Shown here in pieces: positions 14,698 through 26,743 of a stretch of DNA of 64,000 nt. Location: the NCBI RefSeq assembly GCF_000150275.1, contig NW_002060946.1, positions 5,556,597 to 5,620,596 on the forward strand, written 5' to 3'. The first letter of the stretch is position 1. Each line of letters begins with the position of its first letter. Both the position numbers and the translations under genes were made by a program. This stretch comes from Trichoplax adhaerens (lineage: Eukaryota; Animalia; Placozoa). Below the pieces are notes generated by a model. The model ran no database searches, was not told the origin of the DNA, and saw only the letters and a list, made by a program, of their open reading frames with translations.

Positions 14698-17600
14698 TTA
14701 TACGTCTGCCTGAAGCAATCGAGACGGTAATGCAACTTTCTCACCAGGTTTGAATGCTGGCATTCCAAGGTAGGGACAGCTTGAGCATCGAAAGGCATCT
14801 CCTAAATAACACTAATGAATAGAATAAGGAATTACGCTTGAGGAGCCACTGTAAGCTACGGCTCGTAATAATAGTAATAAGATCAATATGAATAAAATGC
14901 ATTGGTTGCTGTATACAGTATCATATCAAATTGCAGTCATCAGGTTATATTCCTATTTAAAAACATACACTGCCGCACGAAGAAACGGGGTTCCCATTGG
15001 TCTTCTTTTCGCTTTCGATTTCTTCAGCTAAGCCACATGAACTATTACAAGTAGAATACATAGATGCAGCTAATGTTACTAATGACGATCCAATAGCAGT
15101 TTAAGCTAATAAAGTATTAAGAGTTGACAGCACATCCTGTCACTACAAACCAATTTTTGCAGGCTTTTCGCTTTTTTTTAGCTGAATCGCATTCTTGACC
15201 TGTTTTTGTGATATTGAAAATAGCAATTATGACACTAAATAATTAAGTTACTGTAGACCAATAATGGGAAGTTTCAACATATGAAATAAATTCATCACAA
15301 TATACTAATAGCAATGATAAAACAGACACGATTATTTGAATAAACTGTTTAGGAAAATACCGAAAATCTCTCATTTCGTAATCCTATTGTACAACTGATG
15401 TAATTGAAGTGATTACGTGGAAACAGTAACTTTGTAATATAACCCCCAAATAGCGTAAATAGTAATCACTGGCATTATTACTAATTTAATTTCTTAAGTA
15501 ACACGCAAACGCTAATAATAAACTATGTACTCGTAAAGACGTACTTCTCAACGATGACGGATCGGGCTTCAAAAAGTCGTCTTCCTCAATGAGTGTGTTT
15601 TCATCGATAATATCCTAACCAATTGCAGTCATAAAAAATAGTTAAAATTAAAGCTCACTATACGCGTAAATAAATAGTAAGAATAATTGATAATATCAAT
15701 ATCTGCTAACAATATCATCATCCACAAAATCTTGAGATGACAACGTCCACATTTTTGCAGTCTCCATTTTCGAGTTGCCACCTAGTGAAATACAAGACAC
15801 CATTACGATATCTATTTCATAACCACCCTTATGGGTGTTCCCCAGTTGAAACATTTTCGTTTATACTATCAGTATTGAATTATTATGCTGGACGATACCT
15901 AATGAGATTTTATTAGCAAATGGTAGCGCAGCGGAAGAACCAATTTCAAAATTGGGCTTGCGAGCATTTACCTATGGACAACACGAAACAATTTTAGGCA
16001 ACATTTAAGTTTACAAGTACTGTAGAGCGACGAAATCCATGCCATGATCAATTTTATATAATGGGAATTAAATACCTTTACAGTTGCATTGTCTTCTGCT
16101 ACCTAGAAGGCAAAGTGTATACAACGAGAGATTAATTTTATGACAATATTACTACCCATATACTTTAAAAGTACTAAAAATGGTTTTAAGAACATCCTGG
16201 AACGAAAATGACGTTGGATTTTTTTTTCAATCAAGACTGTAATTCCTTCAAAAGTTGTAACACAAAAGACACACTCATATACGAGTAAAGACTCGTATAT
16301 AGATTTCTCATTTACAATGGATAGAAAGTGGCACGCATTATACCAACGTACGTAAAGGAGAAAGTTGTAGACTTACTATACCCATTCGTAGATAAATAAC
16401 ATTTATAACATAGGAAAATCATGATTTCAAATTTCGAACTGTACTAGGCTAACGTGAAAATTTGTGCTTATTCGTAGATAAATAACTTTTATAACATAGG
16501 AAAATGCATGATTTCAAATTTCGAACTGTACTAGGCTAACGTGAAAATTTGTGCTCGAAGACTTCAATTATCATTAATCGTTCTGTTCATCTCCCCTCCC
16601 CCAAAATGTTGAAAAATCTCAAGATTGAAAGAAATTATTATAGCTATATCATACAGAATCTATTCTGGAAATACGTACATGTCATTCCAAGCAATGCATA
16701 ATCTCAACATTACTTACTATGGATATATTGGTAAATCCTGCCAAAATTAATTCACTTCTAATTTGGTCAGACGGTGAGGTATCTCTTAATAAACATTTGC
16801 AATCTGGCTTTAACATTTTTAGAATCTGTGCTAACTGTTCCGAAGTATGCTTGCAACAGTAACTTGATACAACATTGGAAAGGGCGACATCAAACGTTGA
16901 TGATCCATAAGAAGCTGAAAGATAAAATGAAGATTAAACGTGTTCAATACTACACAAGGAGGGCTAAATTAGCTAATATGGCACAATGGAAACGGATATG
17001 TTGTGTAATTGACATTGCTACAATATATGAAATCCATAGTTGTATGTTTATAACATGTTTACTGTCGATTAGGCACTCTAAAACCGTGCCATTGGCGATT
17101 CTTACTATATTAGTATAGTAAGCACACCATCACAGTAATCAAAGTGCAAACTCACTTAATATGTAACCTACGACGATTGTGGTTACACACGTATACTTTG
17201 AATAAATTGAGTTCATTGCTCTTTTACAGACTTTACTAAAACGTTCTAACAAAATCACCACTAAGAGTTCATTATCATCATTATTAACATTGCAATACGT
17301 CAAATTATACATTCTCAAATTCACCGATACAGAATAATTGATGATTCAACGAGCAAGATTACTTTGATCCGTTTCCCAATCAATCTAGTCCTGCCTGTAA
17401 GTACTGTACTTTAAATTTGTGACCTTATTTTAAGCAGATTTCTTTCCATAACGATCATGCTGATCAAGTGAAATTGTACAGTGTTAATAGACTTGTACAT
17501 CATTGACAACCAATTGGAACATTTTCAAGACGATATCACCATGTCTTGCTGAATTTCTACAGTATACTGTCCAATTGGTCGAAAGGGCAACAATATCGAC

Positions 17601-18080
17601 TCAAGCTCTTACGTAAGTCATGCTCTCTTAGCATTAGCTATGCAACTAGAGATTGATTAGAGTCGCCATATTGGTCATACTATGTTGTACACCTTGGCGA
17701 TTTCCAGCCATTCACAACATTGAATACAAAGTTAACATCGGCAATCTACTGTCTTATTGGATGCTGTACTGGATGACTTTTAGTAGTGTAGGCAGTGCCT
17801 TCATGGTCAAACTGACCATGGAAGGAGATCTCCACTCGTCAAGCTATGGACAAATGGAAAGTACTTTTTCATTGCTGATTGACTCTTGATCATTCAATAG
17901 GTTTGTAACTTACGTACATTGAGATAGTCGGTTGATATTTTCCACGGCTACAGTACCATTAGTACCTACTCTTTCTCGTAGTGAAGAAGTAAAATTGGCC
18001 AATGTATCCAGTTGACCACCTTGACTCCATACCAAAAGGACAGATTGGCCGTTACTGACTAAATGACTCACGCTCTCCAT
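14698..18080 (-). CDS. CIAPIN1: Anamorsin / Dre2 (cytosolic Fe-S assembly), multi-exon
   Basis: Starts [27 protein letters not shown]. Methyltransferase-like exon FDVALS..LKMLKP; 27-nt microexon 16076-16102 (VAEDNATVK); [12 protein letters not shown]; Fe-S motifs C..KRKACKNCSCGLAE and [31 protein letters not shown]. Confidence 0.97.
16384..16555. repeat. Intronic tandem duplication, 2 x 86 bp
   Basis: attcgtagataaataac... starts at 16384 and at 16470. Confidence 0.95.
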
Positions 18081-18499
18081 GAATGATAATATCGTTGAAG
18101 GAGATTACTGTACTGCAGCTCAAAATTGTACAACTTCTTTGTTTTGATTTGGCACCCGCACTTTGTTGAATAGAAATGGATGCAGTAAGAATTGAAAAGG
18201 AATAGACAGAATTGGATCAACGACACTTTCCTAGATGGACGAAAATGGCTGCAGCTGTTGAGAACTGTTGCTCACATCGGACATGGAAGTAGACTGGTGG
18301 ATTGGATCGCTGCTTCACCTCACTTGTGTGAAACGAACTGTGGTTGAGGCTTTTGACGAACGTGACTCAGTAAAAATGGTTTGTTTACAGTATGTCGTGC
18401 TGTCCTGGCCTGGACTACTGTACCAGGTCAGAGCATTGAAGACAAGTCGCTGACTACACTTGTAACTTACGAGGTGCATCTCGTGTGGGCTGTGCTGGC

Positions 18500-19120
18500 T
18501 GTGTTTCAGCACAGTACAGTATACAGTACTCTATGTACACATTTAATTGTACAGTGTACAGTACATACTGTACAGTACAGTACTGTACTGAAAGTGCAAT
18601 CCTATTGTTGATTACAGTGTACAGTGTACAGTACTTTGTACACTTCGGGTTACGGTGTACTGTACAGTACAGTACAGTACACATTTAATTGTACAGTACA
18701 GTACTGTACTGTACTGAAAGTGCAATCCTATTAATAGTTGATTACAGTGTACAGTGTACAGTACTGCACTATTTTACAATACAAAGTACTGTATTCTTCG
18801 GCTTACGGTGTACAGTACTATACTGTACACTGTGGGTTAGGGTGTACTGTACTGTACTGTACTGCTATCACTGCGCGTCATTCCAGTGCTACACTTGAAA
18901 TCAACACATGTCACCTAGTAAGTAAAGTCAACTGTCACCTACAGTACTGTACTGTACAGTGTACAGTACTGTAACTACTGTACCTACTGTAGACATCACC
19001 CATACAAATGCTTATACCTTGAGAACCTTACAGTACTGTACGTCGCTGTACTGTACTGTACTGCTATCACTGCGCGTCATTCCAACCGCTACACTTGAAA
19101 TCAACACCTGTCACCTGTCG
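18500..19120. promoter_or_regulatory. Bidirectional promoter region CIAPIN1(-)/TRIQK(+), saturated with TACAGT/ACTGTA words and internal duplications
   Basis: It lies between head-to-head ATGs at 18080 and 19186. Blocks are duplicated at about 18539/18680 and 18850/19047. Confidence 0.6.
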
Positions 19121-19185
19121 CCGCACCACTTCATCCATTTCATCGACCTTGCCTGTCAACAAATTCACAGCAAGAAAGATTCGCC

Positions 19186-22066
19186 ATGGGACGAAAAGAT
19201 ATTGCCAATTCTACACCAATCCAACAATATCGTCAAAAATTAGGTAAACTGCAGTCTACTTGTTCTTCTATTGCCTTGGTTTTACCTACGATATCCAACA
19301 AAATAGAAATTCTTTGAGCTTGAAGTCCATACATGCATAAATCCACCTTGAATCCAGTGTGGAAACAATGTTGACTTGGAAATGGTGAATTCGGCAAGTG
19401 ATACCAGTAGTATCTATCATATTACTGCTGAGAAGAGTAGTCGTCCATTTTAGGTGTTGCTGGTGATCGATAGTTCTTTCACTTGGTAATGTTTTATCCG
19501 CTTGAAATATGGACTAGTTGAACCTAGAAGCACGACCTGTTGTAGAAACAGCCACGATGCATGTTTCTCCTACATTCCCTTGAAGGAATGAGCACACTGA
19601 GTGAGCAACCTTCGCCTTATTACAGTACTCTGCTAGAATAGGATGATGACCGGTGAGAAGAGTAGTTGTCCATTTTAGGTGTTGCTGGTCATCGATAGTT
19701 CTTTCACTTGGTAGTGTTTTATTCGCTTTGGATATGGACTAGTTAAACCTAGAAGTACGACCTGTTGTAGAAACGGCCACGATGCATGTTTCTTCTACAT
19801 TCGCTTGAAGGAATGAGCACACTAAGTGAGCAACCTTCGCCTTATTACAGTACTCTGCTAGACTATTATCATTGCCGTGCTGACGTCGCATCACTGGCAT
19901 GGCTGCTATGTGCTTTATAACATAGACAGTCCTGTCATCATCATTAGGGACAGTCACTCTGTTTGCATTCCTCCTCATATAGCGGCCTTAATGCATAACT
20001 TTGCTATATAAGACTCTAGCCATACTTGGTAGCACTCATCGCCTAGGTCTTGTTTCACTTTCGACCTTTAAATTGTAGATCGATATAGACGGCAATTCAT
20101 GAATAGCGATCAATGCGAAATTTTAGTAGGGGGGTGTCGAAATTGGACTGTCAGACTATCATACTGAATTGAAGACTAAATGGAACAGTTGTGCATGGGT
20201 GATGATGAATTGAGTTATGCCATGTCACAGTTTCGTCACAGTAAACGTACGATTACAAAAGTTATAGACCAAATTATCCTGGAATGGGAGGTGCCCCTAA
20301 TGATGATCACAGCACTGTAGTCAATCTGGCAAAAGCTTTCTTCTGCATGTTTCTGCAGCAGGAAGTTTTTAATAGCAACTTGAATATTACTACTCGTACA
20401 CCCCTTTCCCCCCGATTTTGAGACAGCAGACAGTGCTAAAGTACTGTAATGTGATTGCGGCCATTCATATTGCGGTACCTGAAATTCCATTATTGTTATT
20501 TAATTGACACACTATGATTCTGCCATTGTAGTGATAGACATCTTGCAAGCTGCATCTTCTTATGACTGCACTTATGTAGTACAGTACGGATATGGAGTAG
20601 ACTCTTCAGGCATTATTAATTTGGAGAATTGGATATTACTGTCTGAATGATGAAGCATAACAACACTGTTGGATTTGTATATGTTACGTGCAATGTAAAA
20701 ATCATATACTGTACTATGAAATCGATATTTGAACCATAACGAAAGGCGCTTGGCTGTGCTTAAAATACAGCTATGCAAGCTGTACCTATTCCATGATAGA
20801 GACAGAAACTTCTATGATACAAGTCCCTGATAGAGGAATCATTCGAAATGATCAGTATTTATTGCACTTTAATTTCAAGTATGCGTACACTTTACTTGAT
20901 ATAGCTGCTCTCAAGTTGTATATCCTGCATAATTAATTCAGTATATATGTATACTCATAAATGCACTTAAAAACATATTCGAATTGCATAATAGTCGTAC
21001 GTATATTCTTAAGAAACTGTAACATGCAAACATTTGGTACTTTATCTGCTATCATGACGAATAAAATTATACAAATCTGCAAACTAGGAGTATCTCAGAA
21101 ATCATGCTGCCGTTAAACTAGCAGATACGATAGATTTTTGTGACTAGCCTACCAATATATGTTAGAAACTAGTTACGGTGGTATTCATATAATTTCGACA
21201 ATCACTAGCAAATTGCTTTCGATTTTCGATTTTCGATTTTAATAATAAAGGCTAAATTGAATACCTCAATACTGGTTTATTAGGTGAGCAAGAATTTAAA
21301 GGAAGAAATAAAAGAAATACGTTAGCTACCAGAGAAAAAGCTCAGGCTCGCCGATCTTCCAATGGCATTCAAGTGAGTACACCATCTAAATTTGAGATCA
21401 TAATTGATGTACTTGTTCAACGTATATGCTGTGCAATTCAATGCTTTTACAATATAACCTGCAACGGGGACTACAAAGAAAGTAGTTCCTACCTGTAAAA
21501 CTAATTTAAGTAATTACAATTATTAGCTTATGATCTTCTAATGCTACATATGCAATACACCATGACTCATCTTAGAATTACAGTGCCCTACCACATACTT
21601 ATTTGGTAGTAATGCATTCCATACTTTATATTGCATAAATCCATCGATATTTTCCTACTTCTAAATGCCACCATCACACTACCTTTAGATCAGAACCAAA
21701 ATAAGTTGAATTATGATAAATTACTTGTATTTTAGAACCATAGTAGAGTTCTCAATGCCTTCCATTTCGATCGATTTTGTCAACAAATTAAAAGCTCAAT
21801 TTTAAGATTAAGCAAAGCAATAATGAGCGATGCTTACTGCTGTATTTAGTTCTGCAATCAAATCTTGGTATCTATTTAAAATTTCAGCGTTGAGATAAAG
21901 TTACTAAAGTTTAAAAGTGCCTTGCGTGCTGAAGTAAATCTTTGATCTCCGCGGTTAACCATGCTTTTCACTCTGTTATAATCAGGCCTTGTTTGCTGTT
22001 GTTGGTGGACTATTTGTATTACTGCTGGCCGTTTATTTCATCTTTTACCTCTTTATCAACAAATAG
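19186..22066 (+). CDS. TRIQK: Triple QxxK/R motif-containing protein, 75 aa; exons 19186-19243, 21284-21372, 21986-22066
   Basis: gccATGg start. Spliced product MGRKDIANSTPIQQYRQKLGEQEFKGRNKRNTLATREKAQARRSSNGIQALFAVVGGLFVLLLAVYFIFYLFINK resembles vertebrate TRIQK (MGRKD..PVDQYRKQIGKQDYK..LRATKLKAEAKK..GIKE, then a TM helix). GT-AG introns are in frame and AATAAA follows at about 22078. Confidence 0.9.
19430..19862. repeat. Intronic tandem duplication, 2 copies, period 225 bp
   Basis: gagaagagtagt.gtccattttagg starts at 19430 and at 19655. Confidence 0.95.
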
Positions 22067-23771
22067 AGTGGCAAGAAAATAAAGAATTATTTGATAGTTT
22101 TACAAGGGCAACGCTTATTATGAATGTAATCCACATACGGGTACGAGTATAGTCGGCACTCGTAAAATTAGTTGCAAAAAGCAGACGTTGAATCAAACTC
22201 GTTATATTCCTTAGACAGTGGTTTACTTACAGGGTTTGTCTTATTAATAGTAAGTTAAACAAGGCACCCTTTTTTGGCTTCAAAATCTATCTGTAATGAA
22301 TTACTATATTACCACTTCGAAAGTGTTATTACTGCTTCAACAATTGTTATTTGGCGGTTCTTACTGCGCTTCCAGACCGCTTCAGTAAAGTGTTGTAAAT
22401 TGAACTACTTCTTGATTATATATATACGACTATTAATCCTACTTGGATGATCAAAGCTAAGAAATTCATTGTTCTATAATTATCTCGATATGCACTAGCA
22501 GAAATTATATAAACTACGACAATATAAAATTGTTTACGAAGCATTGTCTAGAATGATTACATTAGTTCTCTATGCTTTTGAAGTATCGACCTGGTCATTA
22601 ATCTTAAAATTGAACAGCAAGATCAATTTTTTCCCATTTGAAACTTTTTATTGTATATTAATGTAGAAGATGATAACTCATAATTGAGAAAAATATGTTT
22701 AAATCGAAATGTATGCTGTCATGGTCTATAGTGTAAGATCATGTCATCCACTGAAAATTTATTTTTTATATCCAAGGTCTGATTACGTTAAGATACTAAA
22801 ATCCTTTTTCAGAGAGTATAATAATCTTCCGTTAAATTCTATCCCGTGATTTCAATTGATATCATTCAATCTTTTTCAAATTGTACTTATTTTTCTGCAA
22901 AGATCATGCCTTCTTAACCAGCAAAAGATATCTAAACATAATATACTAAATAAGTAACTTAATCCCAAGATATTGTTGTAAATTACCTATAGTAGGGTTC
23001 ATTTACATTAGATTTTAACTAAATCATACGAGATAAAATTACGCGAGATGTTATGTAAATAATCACTGATTACTGCCTCCATACGTCAATTTGTATTCGA
23101 TAGTACTAAACATGTATTTCATTTTATCAAATCTTGCCTACGGTAAATAATTATAATAATAGGTGAGATAATAGACAATCATAACAATCCTTTTGAAGAT
23201 TTTATATTTGATTTATTACATTATATTTTCCGTTTAACAGTAATAAATCTTTAGACCATAATAGATCTTGGATATTTGGTCATCTAGCTTATCAAATGCT
23301 TGTTTGATCAGTAGCCTTCTAGAAGGTTAAACTTACTTAACACAAGTACTAAGACAAATATCATTAGCATTGCAACGAGATTACTTTAAATGTTATAACA
23401 TTAGCAAAAGATAAGCGGGCGGCATACATCATCGTGAACCTTCCTTATCCTTTGGCATATACACTAAAATAATAGATGGAACATGAAAAACCGTAGTTCT
23501 ATAGATACATTGAGTATCAACAATTGTCATTCCACCGAATGTTAAGGTCTCCCGAAAAATGTAAGGTACACCAAAATTTAGAATAGGATAGCCATTGGAA
23601 CTTAAAAATGTACGAATAAACTTATGCTAGACAGCTGTAGGTAGCCAAGTTAACACTGGAAGATCATCAAGATCTATACGAATCGTTAAACGATTTACTC
23701 ATAAAATTAATACAAACTAGGATAGTACCAATATATTTCCAATAAAAATTAATATGACTGAGCAAATCGAA

Positions 23772-26743
23772 CTAGATATCGAATTGGACATTAAGACAAG
23801 CGATGTCATCTCCATGCTGGTTTGTTAATCTGGCTTCCGCGGAATATGATCCCTAATGAAAGTTAAGATCTATTAGCACTGGATCCTAACTGTAGTCCGT
23901 ATCTTAAGTGTGGAAGCAAATAATTTGAGAATGATCTATCAAAATGGGAGGTATCAGCGGTTTCCATCTCGAAAAAGTAAAGTCACATCATAATTTAATT
24001 AATGGTAGAGATTTTTAGAAAATTTTTTGTTTTAAAGATTACAACTAAATTACTATCGAACACAGTATATCATCAGCTGCAAATAGATGGTTATTTTGGC
24101 AATGTATACGCTATTACAAGCAATCGGCAAGGCTATGCGTATGTAATAAATATAATCAGTGAAGTGGTGCGTTTGGATAGAATGGCGATGTTCTAGAGTA
24201 GAGGATTTACTTTGAGCTAAAAAGATATTCTATATCATTTACAAGCTAAATATATTGTAGAGAAGTTCTTACAAGCCATAAAATCTTCAATGATTATCAG
24301 CTTCGAGAAGATCAGCTATACTTATTGCTAAGTTTATTTGCTACGATATTGTTTTCGTCATATTCAGATTACAGTGAGTTAAATCTTGTCTGTATATTCA
24401 GTTAAACGTATAATTAAGAAGGATATAAATTCATCCATTAAGCTCTTTTACTTACTTTCATAAGAAGTTTTGGCAAAGCAAAGCTATCGTGAAGTTTTAG
24501 TAGTCCTAAAAATTCATGTATAATAGAAAATATTAGATACGCTAAACAAATACCGTTCTTCTCCTAGACTATTGCCTAAACTTATAAAATAGAACTTGTA
24601 ATTCGATATTCTCTCCTTTACAATATAATATATTGGACTCCATCTCGTTCTCGTTAAAACAAATTATTTTCACATGGACTCTACTTAAACGAAATACTAT
24701 TTTCAGTCGATCTTATTGGTTGATTATATATAATTATTAAAAAAAACGGAAGGATAGCTCGTATTCGTATTACTGCGCTAAAATAGATTCAATACAATAT
24801 CAGCCATGATTATTAAATTTTACAATGATGGCTATCCTTGAGATAAGTAATCATCTTGAAAGTAGCAATAAAATTTTTTATACATCAGTCTCAAAAAGCA
24901 CTAAAACATTATTTAGTTGCTCTATTTGAGCTGCTTAAAATAAAATGAAATAATTATCTGAAAGTAATGACGAAGCTATTGCTACTATCTATTTCTAGCA
25001 GGTGTTCACAGATAGATTTGCGCTTTCAAACTCTCTACTGTAAGGCATTGAAAGCAGTCTTTAAAAAAATAGAATCTTGCTATTATGAATGCAATAAAAC
25101 CATCACTATTGGCTACTTTTAGTAGACACTTGTGGACAGAAATGCCATTTTTAACTTTCTATAGCACGATTAGCCAACATAAAAATACATTCGAAAACTA
25201 AAATTTCACGATTTTCTCTCTCAAATCACTATTAAAGAAATTCTTTCCTGATGATCTTTTTTATTTTGAAATTTTAACATAGACCATTCGAAAATATATC
25301 CTGTAAAATGCAATCTATATAGTATAACTAGATGATAGATCAATAGATTTATGCAATGGAAGATAGACTATCGTTATGGAAGCTTAATTATGGGTATGAC
25401 TCACGATGGCACTAGAAAAGTTACTGCCTGATATTTGAAGAGAAGTCATTTTAATTAACTTTCAAATCTTAGGTAGTATATTTATTTTGACTTTGAGAGG
25501 CCAAGAAATAACGCTAACCTCACTGATTCTTTCCATTTATATTAAAAACTCTGAGTACTATATTTATTTTGATTGAAAGATGCCTAGAAACAACTACCGC
25601 TAATACTAGAAAGCTGTAAAATTAGTCTGGAAATAATATCATCGCTGCAGCTAAATTACCTTTTCGGACAGGACAGGAAATATGAGTTAAATTGGACATC
25701 TTACACATTTCTAGCTGTTTATCAACAGCAGACAGGCCATCGATGGTAACTTTTAAGTGGATACCGGCTTTCGTGATATCATACTCTATGATACAGACAG
25801 AATAATCAAATGTCAAATAACAGTTTTAAAAACTAGAATGATAATAATTATGAGCTAAAGAATCCAAAGTGAAAGGCGGTAGAACTAAAGCTTTTTTATT
25901 ACAATATTCAACGGATATTTCATCTTGCTTTAACAAGGTAACCTAACGGGAAATATAGTACTAATATCTTTTCTTCGCAGCAGTATTCTAAAGTATGGTA
26001 ATTAATTTATTTATTCTCTCTATGACAGCTTTGCTTCTTCTTATGGCGACAGTATGGTCTATATATTCCTACCTAGTTCGGTTTTAGCTCTATAGGTTAC
26101 ATTTAATCTTTCAGTTTCTTGATCCACTACAAGGGCAATTTTACCCAATATCTCTCGGTCACAAATGACCTCCTGATTGCTGGATGCTAGACCAGATAAA
26201 TTCAATATGAAGCCATTTAGTTATAGTCAATTAGATATTGCGAAAAGTTAGATCAACTTTAAATGATGAAATTATTAATCTGCAACGCGATTGAAATAGC
26301 TATGGAGACTTAAAAAATGATGAAATTCTGTATAATCAATGATGATTTATGTTGATAATTCCTTCCTGTTCCCTTTTTCATTTCTTAAAGGGATATTATT
26401 CCTTAGCTAGTTTGATTCTCTGTAGGAATACTGTAACTTATACATATAATAATAACATGTCTAACAAATGAAACTTACGGCATGGCCTGAAAACATCGCC
26501 AATCTCAACTTTATTTGGGTCATTCAGCCACTTTTTCCAATACATTTGATTCTCACCTTTGGCACTGCCACAAACCTTTTTCTTATTCTTACTAATCTTA
26601 CGAATGACATCTGTGCCTTTGACTGGATAAAATTTATAACCAATGTAGAAGACGATTAATGCAATAATAGCAATGATGATATGTTTCTTTCGAATCTGCC
26701 AAGATTTTTTCTCGGTGGTTTCTTCACTTTTTTCCGAAGACAT
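23772..26743 (-). CDS. Type II membrane protein with C-terminal ML (MD-2-related lipid recognition) domain, 211 aa; exons 26479-26743, 26073-26186, 25660-25785, 24456-24505, 23772-23852
   Basis: All junctions are GT-AG and in frame (phases 1,1,1,0). TM segment IIIAIIALIVFYIGY follows a basic cytosolic N-terminus. ML signature EMC-x9-CPVRKG..FALP..KGSYSAEARLTNQHGDDIACLNVQFDI*. Confidence 0.8.

Noticed and set aside
18268-19243. Many overlapping C/T/V/Y-rich ORFs (also at 12448-13247)
   Set aside because: Artefacts of stop-poor TACAGT low-complexity promoter DNA.
25405-25427. Candidate 23-nt exon (GSNFSSAI) for the ML gene
   Set aside because: Exon 24456-24505 alone supplies the expected ML segment in the correct phases.
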